From: Methanobacteriota archaeon
GTDB lineage: Archaea; Thermoplasmatota; Poseidoniia; Poseidoniales; Poseidoniaceae
NCBI GenBank assembly: GCA_018701175.1
Contig: JABIWF010000031.1
Coordinates: 1 to 26,407 of the forward strand
Direction: 5' to 3'
DNA: 26,407 nucleotides
Of the stretch, positions 15,590-23,842 are shown one piece after another. The notes beneath the pieces are model-generated. The model worked only from the letters and a program-made list of their open reading frames with translations, was not told where the DNA came from and did not search any database. The position numbers and the translations under genes are program-made. Position 1 is the first letter of the stretch, and every line of letters begins with the position of its first letter.

Positions 15590-17158
15590 TTATTCGTCGT
15601 TCATGACCACTTCTTGGTCTTCACTTCGGCATTGCTCTGCTTCACAGACTTGTGGAAGCGTTGATGCATCAAGCATCTCTGCTGATTGAACTGGAGATGT
15701 CATCTGACCGTTGGCGACGTAGAGGCTTGGCCCGTTGCCCATGAAGTAGACTGAACCACGACCGGCACGGGAGTCCTGAGGTTGTGAATTGTTTCCAGTT
15801 GCGCAAGCATCGATGCAGCCATCTGCGAAAGCGATGTAGACTCTCCCTTCAAGATCGATAGTGAGGTCATTGAAATCGAGCAGATTTCGGTTTGAGCCAC
15901 CTTCATCGGTACGGCAATCGCCGCTGTTTAGGCACATGCTGCCAATTTGAACAGGGTCGTCTGACAATCTGTAGGTGTGGAAGGTGGGATTCTCATCCAA
16001 AGCGTTGAGGCTGTATGTCACGTAGATGTCATACGACACATTTGCCATGGCGTAGTGAGGGTTTCCGTTCCAATTGTTTCCATCGATGTCCGTTTGGTTT
16101 AATTCCTCAGCATCTTCGCTGCCAAGGTAAGTGAAAGCAATGCGTCCTGGGTCTCCTGCATCGACTTGCGGGAATGCCGTTGAAATAACTTCTACTGGAC
16201 TAATTCGAGTGCTGGTTTGTTCCCAAGTGTCGCCTGAATCTGTGCTACGTGACATGTAAATGCCAAAGTCTGCACCAGTCCAGATGTGATAGGCATTGGA
16301 TTCACTATCGGTAGCAACTTCTGAATTCTTTCTTGGATTTGGCGTCCCTGCGTCTTCACCCATTGTGCGTTCTTCCCAGTTGAGGCCGTTGTCTTTGGAG
16401 AGAATGAGGGTAGGGGTTGGAACGCGGGGGGTGACGTATACAGTCCCATCTGGAGCGGTCGTAATTGCGCCATGAAGGCCGCCATTTGTGGAAGCGAGCC
16501 CGACGATGTCCCCTCCAACTTCAAACGTTGCACCACCGTCAAAACTGGTGAAACAAGAAATCCCGACGAGTTTGTTGAAACAGAAGTAGACGGCCGTTTC
16601 GTAGGTTGGGTTGAGTTGCCCCACAAGCCCGTACGCTCCGTCAACCCATGGACCGGTTGCGAGCTTGATGTGATCGTTCAGTGGCGTTGTCCCGGAATCG
16701 TGCGGGTTACCCATCCACGACTCACCGTCGTTATCCGACCAGCCTATCCAGGTTGATTCAAGACCCATCATGTGAATGTTGAAAACTCGGTCTGTGACCG
16801 GGTCGACCCATCCATACGGGTCGCTGGTGAACGGAGCTTGTGTGATGTCTTTGGAATCGACCCAACTCTCTCCATGGTCGCAAGAGCGCATTGGTTTTTC
16901 CATAGCGATGAAGAACATGCAACCACTTGAAGTGATGCCAATGCTCGGTTCCTTACCGGTTTCCCCAACATCGCTGAACACGAAATCCATCTCAAGCGGC
17001 ATCTCATCAACGGCCATTCCCATGCCGTCAGTCACGAAAATTCGCTTGTCCATCTCAGGTTCTATTTCGACCTCAACTTCCACATCATCCGCACCAAAAC
17101 AACCTGCCATAGACATCGTCGTAACAAGGAGAACCAACAGCATAGCCTTTGCTCGCAT
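15590..17158 (-). CDS. Secreted BNR/Asp-box repeat beta-propeller protein (sialidase-like fold), probable lipoprotein
   Basis: Five Asp-boxes: SCDHGESW, SDNDGESW, SFDGGATF, SKDNGLNW, STDSGDTW. The signal peptide MRAKAMLLVLLVTTMSMAG-C carries a lipobox-like MAGC. The start is taken at ATG 17158; the ORF track gives 17200. Confidence 0.8.
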   Translation of the reverse strand: MRAKAMLLVLLVTTMSMAGCFGADDVEVEVEIEPEMDKRIFVTDGMGMAVDEMPLEMDFVFSDVGETGKEPSIGITSSGCMFFIAMEKPMRSCDHGESWVDSKDITQAPFTSDPYGWVDPVTDRVFNIHMMGLESTWIGWSDNDGESWMGNPHDSGTTPLNDHIKLATGPWVDGAYGLVGQLNPTYETAVYFCFNKLVGISCFTSFDGGATFEVGGDIVGLASTNGGLHGAITTAPDGTVYVTPRVPTPTLILSKDNGLNWEERTMGEDAGTPNPRKNSEVATDSESNAYHIWTGADFGIYMSRSTDSGDTWEQTSTRISPVEVISTAFPQVDAGDPGRIAFTYLGSEDAEELNQTDIDGNNWNGNPHYAMANVSYDIYVTYSLNALDENPTFHTYRLSDDPVQIGSMCLNSGDCRTDEGGSNRNLLDFNDLTIDLEGRVYIAFADGCIDACATGNNSQPQDSRAGRGSVYFMGNGPSLYVANGQMTSPVQSAEMLDASTLPQVCEAEQCRSEDQEVVMNDE

Positions 17159-17253
17159 GGTTGCCCCTGCCTGCCAACCAATAATGACTTTACGATTCAA
17201 AATTTTGCAAATACCGGCGAACTCTTGAAGGTTTCAAGAACAATAAACACTCC

Positions 17254-18957
17254 ATGGCAGAGTTCTTGCACTTTGATTACCCACTCCCCAACGACGAAGA
17301 AGTCGAACGTATTTGGGACGAAATATCTCGGCTACGTCATGAAGTGTATGCTACTGAATTACAGCAATACGATGCCAATTCAGAACAGAAAATCGAAGAC
17401 CCCGGAAGGCATTTCATCGCATGTCTAGAGGACGGTGTGCTCGCAGGATACATTAGCCTCAATCCACCTCAAGAAAAACCGTTCCGGATAACCACTTATT
17501 TCTCAAAAGAAACGCTTGACCAAACGGTCTATGCAGAATGCAGTCATCGACTCAACTCCACCTTTGAAGTCCGAGCACTGACCGTCAATCCGAACTTTCG
17601 AGGACTGAACATTTCATTCCGATTGATGCGGTATGCGCTTGAATTTATCCTTGAAAGAGACGGCACAGATATCGTTGCCATGGGTCATTCCGGTGTTGCT
17701 GAATTGTACCGGAAAAACGGCATGACCGTCTTCGATGAACACGGGGTTCTGCACGGTGAAACACTGTATTACCCGATGTACCTGAACCCGTTGACCGTGA
17801 TGAAGGAACACGCTCAACGTATTGATGACGACATCGCCTCCGAAGAGGAAGATGATGTTTGCTACCACGGTGGAAAGTCATGGGACACCTCGAAATTCGA
17901 TTTTGAGGTTCGGGATTCTTTGGTGGTTGCCGATGTCCTCGACAGTCCGTTTCCGCCTTGCCCTGAAGCACTCGAGGTTTTGCGCGAGCAACTTGAACGA
18001 TGTTGCCAAGAATCTCCACCGACGCAATGTGAAGAACTGATTGAAACGGTTGCTCATGTACGTGGCGTGAATGCCAAACATGTGGCCGTGTCTTCGGGAT
18101 CTTCCTCGTTGATGTTCTCGTTCCTACCGCAATTGCTCAACCAAGATTCGAACGTGCTGGTTCTCTCGCCAATGTACGGTGAATACAGCCACATCCTGAC
18201 GCACGTAATTGGTTGCCATATGACGAACTTTGTTCTTCACCAAGAAGACGGGTTTCGAATCAATGCTGATGACTTGGTCGAACAATCACGCCTCCATGAT
18301 GCCGTGATTCTTGTCAATCCCAACAGTCCGACGGGCGTTTACTGCGAAGAAATGAGTGACATCGTCCGTCGAATCCAAGATGAAAGTGAATCCCCTACCC
18401 GTTGCAAGATGATTTGGGTTGATGAGACCTACATCGACTACATGCCGGATGCTCAATCGCTTGAGCCGATGGTTGCGACCACGCCAAGCCTCATCGTCTG
18501 CAAAAGCATGAGCAAATGCTACGCGTTGTCTGGACTGCGTGTTGCCTACGCAGTGAGTCAAAAAATGACCGAACTTCGACGGTTCATTCCGCCATGGGCG
18601 GTCAGCCTTCCCGGTCAATTGGCAGCCGTTGCTGCACTGCGTAACCCTGCATATTACCGGCAGCAATACGACATCATTCACCAGCAAAGAGAACAGCTTA
18701 GCCTCTTGTTGGACGAAGAGAAGTTCACCGTCCTGCCTGGTGTTGCTAATTTCATCTTGACCTTTTTACCTGAACATACGCACCATACTTCATCCTCATT
18801 TATCGAAGCGTGTAAAGAGAAAGGGGTGTTCATTCGAGATGCCCAAAATATGGGCGTCACACTCACCAATAAGGCCGTACGATTCGCCATTCGGTCACAA
18901 AAAGAAAACGCACGAATACTGCAATGTGTCAAAGAAGTTCTTTCTGAGGGTTACTGA
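17254..18957 (+). CDS. Fusion protein: N-terminal GNAT-like N-acyltransferase domain plus C-terminal class I/II PLP-dependent aminotransferase/decarboxylase (HisC/CobD-like)
   Basis: The N-terminal ~185 aa contain ISRLRHEVYATELQQY...FEVRALTVNPNFRGLNISFRLMRYALEF, a GNAT/N-acyl amino acid synthase-like pattern. An acidic linker DDDIASEEEDD follows. The C-terminal part has ILVNPNSPTG and the PLP-lysine motif CKSMSKCYALSGLRVAY. Confidence 0.8.
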   Translation: MAEFLHFDYPLPNDEEVERIWDEISRLRHEVYATELQQYDANSEQKIEDPGRHFIACLEDGVLAGYISLNPPQEKPFRITTYFSKETLDQTVYAECSHRLNSTFEVRALTVNPNFRGLNISFRLMRYALEFILERDGTDIVAMGHSGVAELYRKNGMTVFDEHGVLHGETLYYPMYLNPLTVMKEHAQRIDDDIASEEEDDVCYHGGKSWDTSKFDFEVRDSLVVADVLDSPFPPCPEALEVLREQLERCCQESPPTQCEELIETVAHVRGVNAKHVAVSSGSSSLMFSFLPQLLNQDSNVLVLSPMYGEYSHILTHVIGCHMTNFVLHQEDGFRINADDLVEQSRLHDAVILVNPNSPTGVYCEEMSDIVRRIQDESESPTRCKMIWVDETYIDYMPDAQSLEPMVATTPSLIVCKSMSKCYALSGLRVAYAVSQKMTELRRFIPPWAVSLPGQLAAVAALRNPAYYRQQYDIIHQQREQLSLLLDEEKFTVLPGVANFILTFLPEHTHHTSSSFIEACKEKGVFIRDAQNMGVTLTNKAVRFAIRSQKENARILQCVKEVLSEGY

Positions 18958-19400
18958 CCCTTGAACTTCTCAAGCACGACGATGTCAGAAATGGAAGTCC
19001 CCGGATACTGGCCGTTCTCGTCTTTCTCGATGGATTTGACCATGTCCAGTGCACACAAAAGGCCGGCGCTTACTCCGGTGAGTGCCTCCATTTCGATACC
19101 GGTTTTGTAATGGGCAGATACATGAACAGTACAGCGCAAAGCGTTACCTTCCCATGCCCATTGAACTTTACATCCTTCCAGCGGAATAGGGTGGCAATGC
19201 GGTACAATACGTGGCGTATCTTTCACCGCTTGAATCGCAGCGATGGTTGAGGCTTCCAAAACATCGCCTTTCTAGACTGATTTGGTTTGAATCGCTTGTG
19301 CCGATTCAGCGCTTAGATTGAGAAGTCCTGTTGCCGTCGCACGGCGTTCGACAACTGCTTTTGCTCCGATTTCTACAATTCCTTCGATTTCTCTTTCCAT
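18951..19400 (-). pseudogene. moaC: moaC (cyclic pyranopterin monophosphate synthase) interrupted by one in-frame TAG
   Basis: The minus-strand frame from ATG 19400 reads MEREIEGIVEIGAKAVVERRATATGLLNLSAESAQAIQTKSV-TAG-KGDVLEASTIAAIQAVKDTPRIVPHCHPIPLEG...TGIEMEALTGVSAGLLCALDMVKS. MoaC similarity runs on both sides of the TAG at 19272-19274. The downstream piece has no ATG; the ORF track uses TTG at 19259. Confidence 0.65.
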
Positions 19401-19411
19401 AGCGTCAACTC

Positions 19412-19861
19412 CTAACCGAGACCGGCCTTCCAAGACTCACCATCGCTGGTGACTTCTTTCTTCCACAGAGGGGCCTGCTTCTTGAGTTCGTCGATGAGCC
19501 ATTCACATGCTTGGAATGCTTCTTTCCGATGCGGACTGCCAACATGGATCGATACAATTGATTCAGACGGTCCAACCGAGCCAACCCTGTGAGCCATTAC
19601 CACAGCCAAAACTCCGAAGCGCTCAATGGCTTGTTCGGCTAATCCGTGTAAAACTGGTGACAATTGGTTTTGCCATGCATCAAATTCGAGACGCAAGACA
19701 TCAGCATCACCTTCCTTGCCTCGGGTTATTCCCAAAAAAGAGACGACTGCGCCACAACCTTCGGTTGGTAATTTGGCTTTGAGAGCATTTTCATCGAGCG
19801 ATTCAAGCGCCTCTTCGATGAGAATGAAACCCGACATGGACGCACGAGTGGAACGCATCAT
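19412..19861 (-). CDS. moaE: Molybdopterin synthase catalytic subunit MoaE
   Basis: MAHRVGSVGPSESIVSIHVGSPHRKEAFQACEWLIDELKKQAPLWKKE matches the MoaE HR-x-G...H-R...P-x-WKKE pattern. Alternative start at ATG 19837 (MSGFILIEE). TAG stop at 19412-19414. Confidence 0.85.
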   Translation of the reverse strand: MMRSTRASMSGFILIEEALESLDENALKAKLPTEGCGAVVSFLGITRGKEGDADVLRLEFDAWQNQLSPVLHGLAEQAIERFGVLAVVMAHRVGSVGPSESIVSIHVGSPHRKEAFQACEWLIDELKKQAPLWKKEVTSDGESWKAGLG

Positions 19862-19878
19862 TCAAACCTCACGCCTGT

Positions 19879-21141
19879 ATGGGTGGTGTCATGGGCAACG
19901 ATGAGGCCATCCACATCATGGGCGCAGGACTCTCGGGTCTTGCGGCTGCAACGGTGTTGGCCAAGGGTGGCAAAGAAGTCCATGTTCACGATGTTCGTGC
20001 CGATTCTGGTGCTCGGTTTGACGGTGATTTCCAGGCCTTAGAAAATTGGAGCATGGGTGTCGATTTCTTCGAACAATTGAAGGAATGGGGATTTGATTTA
20101 TCAGAGTTCAAAGCCACCGAATTTGATGTGGTCGATCTCATCCATCCCGACGATGTCATCACTCAAGCAACCACGCCCGGCACTGCATACCGTATCATTG
20201 AGCGTGGTACATCCGACCACACCATCGACCAAGGTTTCAAGCGACAAGCCTTAGCAGCAGGTGTACAAATTCACTACAAATCGAGAGTTAAGGAAGAAGA
20301 TTGTACCATCATTGCTTGCGGTCCAAAAGGAACTTCTGCTGTCGCCTATGGAGAAATATTTCATACCGACCATCCCAACCACATTGGATTCCAATTGAAC
20401 GACAAATTAGCTCCTGGCTCCTACTCTTACCTCATCATCATCGATGGTGTTGGCTTAATCTGCACGTGCCTGTGGAGAAAACAAAAGAAAAGTGAACGGT
20501 TTCTCAACGAAACGATTGCATGGTATGAAGCACATTATCCGAACTTGAATCGAAAACCAATCAAACGTGTTGGTGGTAAGGGTGACTTCACCATCAACAG
20601 CAATTACAAACAAGACGGACGCTATTACGTCGGAGAATCAGGCGGCCTACAGGATTTCATGTGGGGCTTCGGCATGAGAATGGCAGTCTGGTCAGGCGTT
20701 CTAGCCGCCAATGACATTCTCGGCAAAGGCGACTATGAAGCAGATGTCAGAGAGCATCTCATGCCGTATGTGCGTACCAGTGTAGCCAACCGTTGGTTGA
20801 TGAATCGAGTTGGAGACCGCATGTTCAAACGTATGTGCAAGGCTTGGATGAAGGACCAGAAGAAGCGTGGAGATGGCTTGGTTTGGATTGGAAAACTGTT
20901 CCGCCCAACCTTACTCAAATCTCTTCTTTACCGAATCGTCAATCCGTTCATGCTTGAGAAAGATCCGAAGGCGCATGGACGAGGAGTGCGTCGAATGCCA
21001 TTCCGTAAAGCGCTCAAACGCGATGTTTGGGAGCAATCCCCAGAAGCACTTGCCATTGGCAAGCAGTGGACTGAAGTTCGCAAACAAGGAGCAAAACTCT
21101 CCTTTTCAAAAGACACCGAAACGGACAGTGACCCCCAGTAA
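19879..21141 (+). CDS. FAD/NAD(P)-dependent oxidoreductase (geranylgeranyl-reductase-like fold)
   Basis: N-terminal dinucleotide-binding motif IHIMGAGLSGLAAATVLAKGGKEVHVHD and a later GESGGLQDFMWGFGMRMA segment. The C-terminal ~90 aa are basic. The start could be 19879 or 19891. Confidence 0.75.
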   Translation: MGGVMGNDEAIHIMGAGLSGLAAATVLAKGGKEVHVHDVRADSGARFDGDFQALENWSMGVDFFEQLKEWGFDLSEFKATEFDVVDLIHPDDVITQATTPGTAYRIIERGTSDHTIDQGFKRQALAAGVQIHYKSRVKEEDCTIIACGPKGTSAVAYGEIFHTDHPNHIGFQLNDKLAPGSYSYLIIIDGVGLICTCLWRKQKKSERFLNETIAWYEAHYPNLNRKPIKRVGGKGDFTINSNYKQDGRYYVGESGGLQDFMWGFGMRMAVWSGVLAANDILGKGDYEADVREHLMPYVRTSVANRWLMNRVGDRMFKRMCKAWMKDQKKRGDGLVWIGKLFRPTLLKSLLYRIVNPFMLEKDPKAHGRGVRRMPFRKALKRDVWEQSPEALAIGKQWTEVRKQGAKLSFSKDTETDSDPQ

Positions 21142-21185
21142 GTGAAAGCGATTTGTTCTTAATGCGAATCCATGTGGGTCGATGT

Positions 21186-22052
21186 ATGAGCGACCTCTAC
21201 GGACTCAAACTCGAACCTATGCCTAACCGCCTTGTTAACTACGGTGTTACCACCAACGGTATTGCGGTGATTGAACTCACATCCGATTCTGCTGGTGCAC
21301 CATTGGAAGGAGCAAACGACCGCTCTCCAAACACCTACACACACGGTATGATGTGCGACATCGACACTGCAATTGTCAAGGCTCGTTTCGATGATGATGT
21401 AACTTGCATCGTCTTGACCGGTAACGGAGCGTCTTTCTTTTCCGCAGGCGCATCGATTCAAATGTTGAACAGCGTCACTCCAGGATTCAAGTACAACTTC
21501 TGTCTTCACGCTAACGAAACTCTTTCTCGACTTGAGCAAACTTCGAAACTGGTCGTTTGTGCAATCAACGGCCACGCAGTTGGTGGCGGTCTTGAGATCG
21601 CTATGGCTGCAGATATTCGAATCGCTCGAAAGAACGCAGGCAAAGTCGGACTTCCGGAAATCAACCTCGGTGTGCTTGCTGGAACCGGTGGAACTGCTCG
21701 CTTGACTCGACTCATTGGCAAAGCAATGGCTCTTGAAATGATGGTCACCGGCGAACTCATGTCGTTTGAGGACGCACATGGATGCAACCTCATCAACCAC
21801 ATTTGGGAAGGCTCAGCAGAAGATTTCCGCCGAGATATTCTCGATTGGTGCAGTCAATTCACTCTTCCAAACAAGGCAGTCAAGGCTGTTGGAAACATCA
21901 AGCGTTCCTGCCAAACCGGTCCAGAAATTCCATTCGAATACCACTTGGCTCTCGAACGTGAGTTGCAAGCGTCCTTGTTCAACAGCAGTGATGCTAAGGA
22001 AGGAATTGCAGCCTACGTCGAAAAGCGTGTTGCAAACTTCACTGGCCAGTGA
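21186..22052 (+). CDS. Enoyl-CoA hydratase/isomerase (crotonase) family protein, second copy
   Basis: GNGASFFSAGASIQML and CAINGHAVGGGLEIAMAADIRIA. The start is taken at ATG 21186 (MSDLYGLK); the ORF track gives 21153. Confidence 0.85.
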   Translation: MSDLYGLKLEPMPNRLVNYGVTTNGIAVIELTSDSAGAPLEGANDRSPNTYTHGMMCDIDTAIVKARFDDDVTCIVLTGNGASFFSAGASIQMLNSVTPGFKYNFCLHANETLSRLEQTSKLVVCAINGHAVGGGLEIAMAADIRIARKNAGKVGLPEINLGVLAGTGGTARLTRLIGKAMALEMMVTGELMSFEDAHGCNLINHIWEGSAEDFRRDILDWCSQFTLPNKAVKAVGNIKRSCQTGPEIPFEYHLALERELQASLFNSSDAKEGIAAYVEKRVANFTGQ

Positions 22053-22056
22053 TTGA

Positions 22057-22692
22057 ATGTCAATATGGCACCAGCGCTGGAATGAGAACCGTATCGGTTT
22101 TCATCGGCTTGAAGCGAACCCGACCTTGGATGAACATTGGTCTTCACTGTCTCTTGAAAACAGCTCCAAGGTTCTTGTCCCGTTGTGCGGTAAATCCCTC
22201 GACATGCATTGGTTGCATGAACAAGGTCACACCGTTGTAGGGATCGAACTGGTCGAAAAGGCTGTCAAGCAGTTTTTCCAAGACGCTTCAGCGTCCGCTG
22301 TTGTTGAAAACAAGCCAAGAGGCACGAAATATTCCACTGAAAGCATTCACATCTACCATGCCGACTTCTTTGAAGCCCAACCCGATGAAGCACCGTTTGA
22401 TGCTTGGTATGACCGAGCAGCACTCGTGGCCCTTCCCTCGTCCATGCGTCAAGCCTATGTTGAACAACTGTGTAACCTCACTTCCAAGGGCAGCAAGGGC
22501 CTCATGGTTACCTTTGATTACCCGCAGAATGAAATGCAGGGTCCGCCCTTTGCACTGCCGGATTCAGAAGTCGAATCTTTATTTTCAAAGGATTTCCATG
22601 TCCAGCGAATTCAATGGAATGACCTCTTAGAAGAAGAACAACACGACCTCAGTCGATGCAGCCTCTCCGTTTTCGTTTTGACACGACGCTAG
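22057..22692 (+). CDS. tpm: Thiopurine S-methyltransferase (TPMT) family SAM-dependent methyltransferase
   Basis: WHQRWNENRIGFH and KVLVPLCGKSLDMHWLHEQGHTVVGIELVEKAV are the TPMT-family N-terminal and SAM-binding signatures. The gene starts 4 nt after the crotonase stop. TAG stop at 22690-22692. Confidence 0.85.
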   Translation: MSIWHQRWNENRIGFHRLEANPTLDEHWSSLSLENSSKVLVPLCGKSLDMHWLHEQGHTVVGIELVEKAVKQFFQDASASAVVENKPRGTKYSTESIHIYHADFFEAQPDEAPFDAWYDRAALVALPSSMRQAYVEQLCNLTSKGSKGLMVTFDYPQNEMQGPPFALPDSEVESLFSKDFHVQRIQWNDLLEEEQHDLSRCSLSVFVLTRR

Positions 22693-22756
22693 AAGATACT
22701 CGGCCTTCAAATTGAAGCAGGGCCATAGTGAAGTAGTAGACACGGAATCATCAGCC

Positions 22757-23833
22757 ATGGAGATTCAATTCGGCAGTCAAAACCAATCCTCGCCGAAAGC
22801 CCTTGTCATCATCGGAGTCGTACTCTTCCTTCTTGGATGCATATGGCCGATCATTGCCCTCGGTGACTTTACTGACGAATTGGAAGCTCAATCTTGGAAC
22901 ACGGTTGATGCTACAGTTCTTGAATTAGAAATTGAGAAACACAGATATGAATGCGGCGATAGTGAATCAGGGTCTTCGACCTGTACAGATTATTACGCCA
23001 ATTACATGCTGCAATATGTCGTTGATGGAATCACATATACACACTCCGATGAAGTGAAAGTTACTCACTTCGAATCTCGAGTGTGGGAAGTTGATTATCC
23101 TAAAGATTCTACACGAGAAATTGCTTATGACTCCGAAGACCCGAACAACATCGATATTGATCAGGGAAATTTCGCCCCTTTTATCCCACCGGTATTGGTT
23201 TGCCTCTTCTGCACCTTCCTCGCCTCTTTGTTTTTTATTGGAGCGTTTAGAGAAATTTTTAATCCACGAAAGCCAGTGAACCCTGATGAGAAATCAGATA
23301 TTCCCTATTCCGATGAACCGTTGCATTTTACATCGGCAAAAAATGTCTGGGGGGAGTTGCATTTTGCACACCCCTCTGTTGAAGCATTAGCAAGAAAAAT
23401 GAAATCATATTCGTGTACGGACTCTCAAATTGACGAGTTTTTCTTAATGTGTAAAAAACAACAGGACGACCCAAATAATCCAAAACCATTGAGTAGAGAT
23501 TGGCTGGTTGAGATTGAAGAAGTCGTTGAGAATCATGACTCACAGCAAAACAAAGACTTTGCGGGAAATATTCTGAAAGGCCGTATCGTTGTCGCTGGAC
23601 TTGGAATTGTACTGCTTCTCCTTTCATTGGGATTGGTAACACCTATTTTTCTCAAGTATGGAGCATTGCCTTGGTACGGTTGGGTTTTGGCCCTAGGAAC
23701 ACTCGGTTCAATTGGATTGTCGTTTGCACTGACAAAAATGGCTCAGGAAATGGCGAAGTTTGCAGACCAAGGACTTGGTGAGATGCTGCTTAAGTACGCC
23801 AATGAAGAACTGCATGGTTATTACGAAGATTGA
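22757..23833 (+). CDS. Membrane protein with an N-terminal DUF3592-like module and a C-terminal two-TM region
   Basis: TM helix (ALVIIGVVLFLLGCIWPIIAL), then W-N-T-V-D-A-T-V and a beta-rich segment, then a second TM (FIPPVLVCLFCTFLASLFFIGAF). This is the DUF3592 layout. A ~110-aa soluble region and two further TM helices follow. ATG 22757 is preferred over the TTG at 22712. Confidence 0.65.
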   Translation: MEIQFGSQNQSSPKALVIIGVVLFLLGCIWPIIALGDFTDELEAQSWNTVDATVLELEIEKHRYECGDSESGSSTCTDYYANYMLQYVVDGITYTHSDEVKVTHFESRVWEVDYPKDSTREIAYDSEDPNNIDIDQGNFAPFIPPVLVCLFCTFLASLFFIGAFREIFNPRKPVNPDEKSDIPYSDEPLHFTSAKNVWGELHFAHPSVEALARKMKSYSCTDSQIDEFFLMCKKQQDDPNNPKPLSRDWLVEIEEVVENHDSQQNKDFAGNILKGRIVVAGLGIVLLLLSLGLVTPIFLKYGALPWYGWVLALGTLGSIGLSFALTKMAQEMAKFADQGLGEMLLKYANEELHGYYED

Positions 23834-23842
23834 GTGAAATCC

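Noticed and set aside
19272-19274. In-frame TAG in moaC as evidence for pyrrolysine or genome-wide TAG reassignment
   Set aside because: TAG terminates three other well-delimited genes in this window at sensible protein ends: the K+ channel at 8007-8009, moaE at 19412-19414 and the TPMT gene at 22690-22692. No pyl genes are visible. A point mutation or an assembly variant is the simpler explanation.
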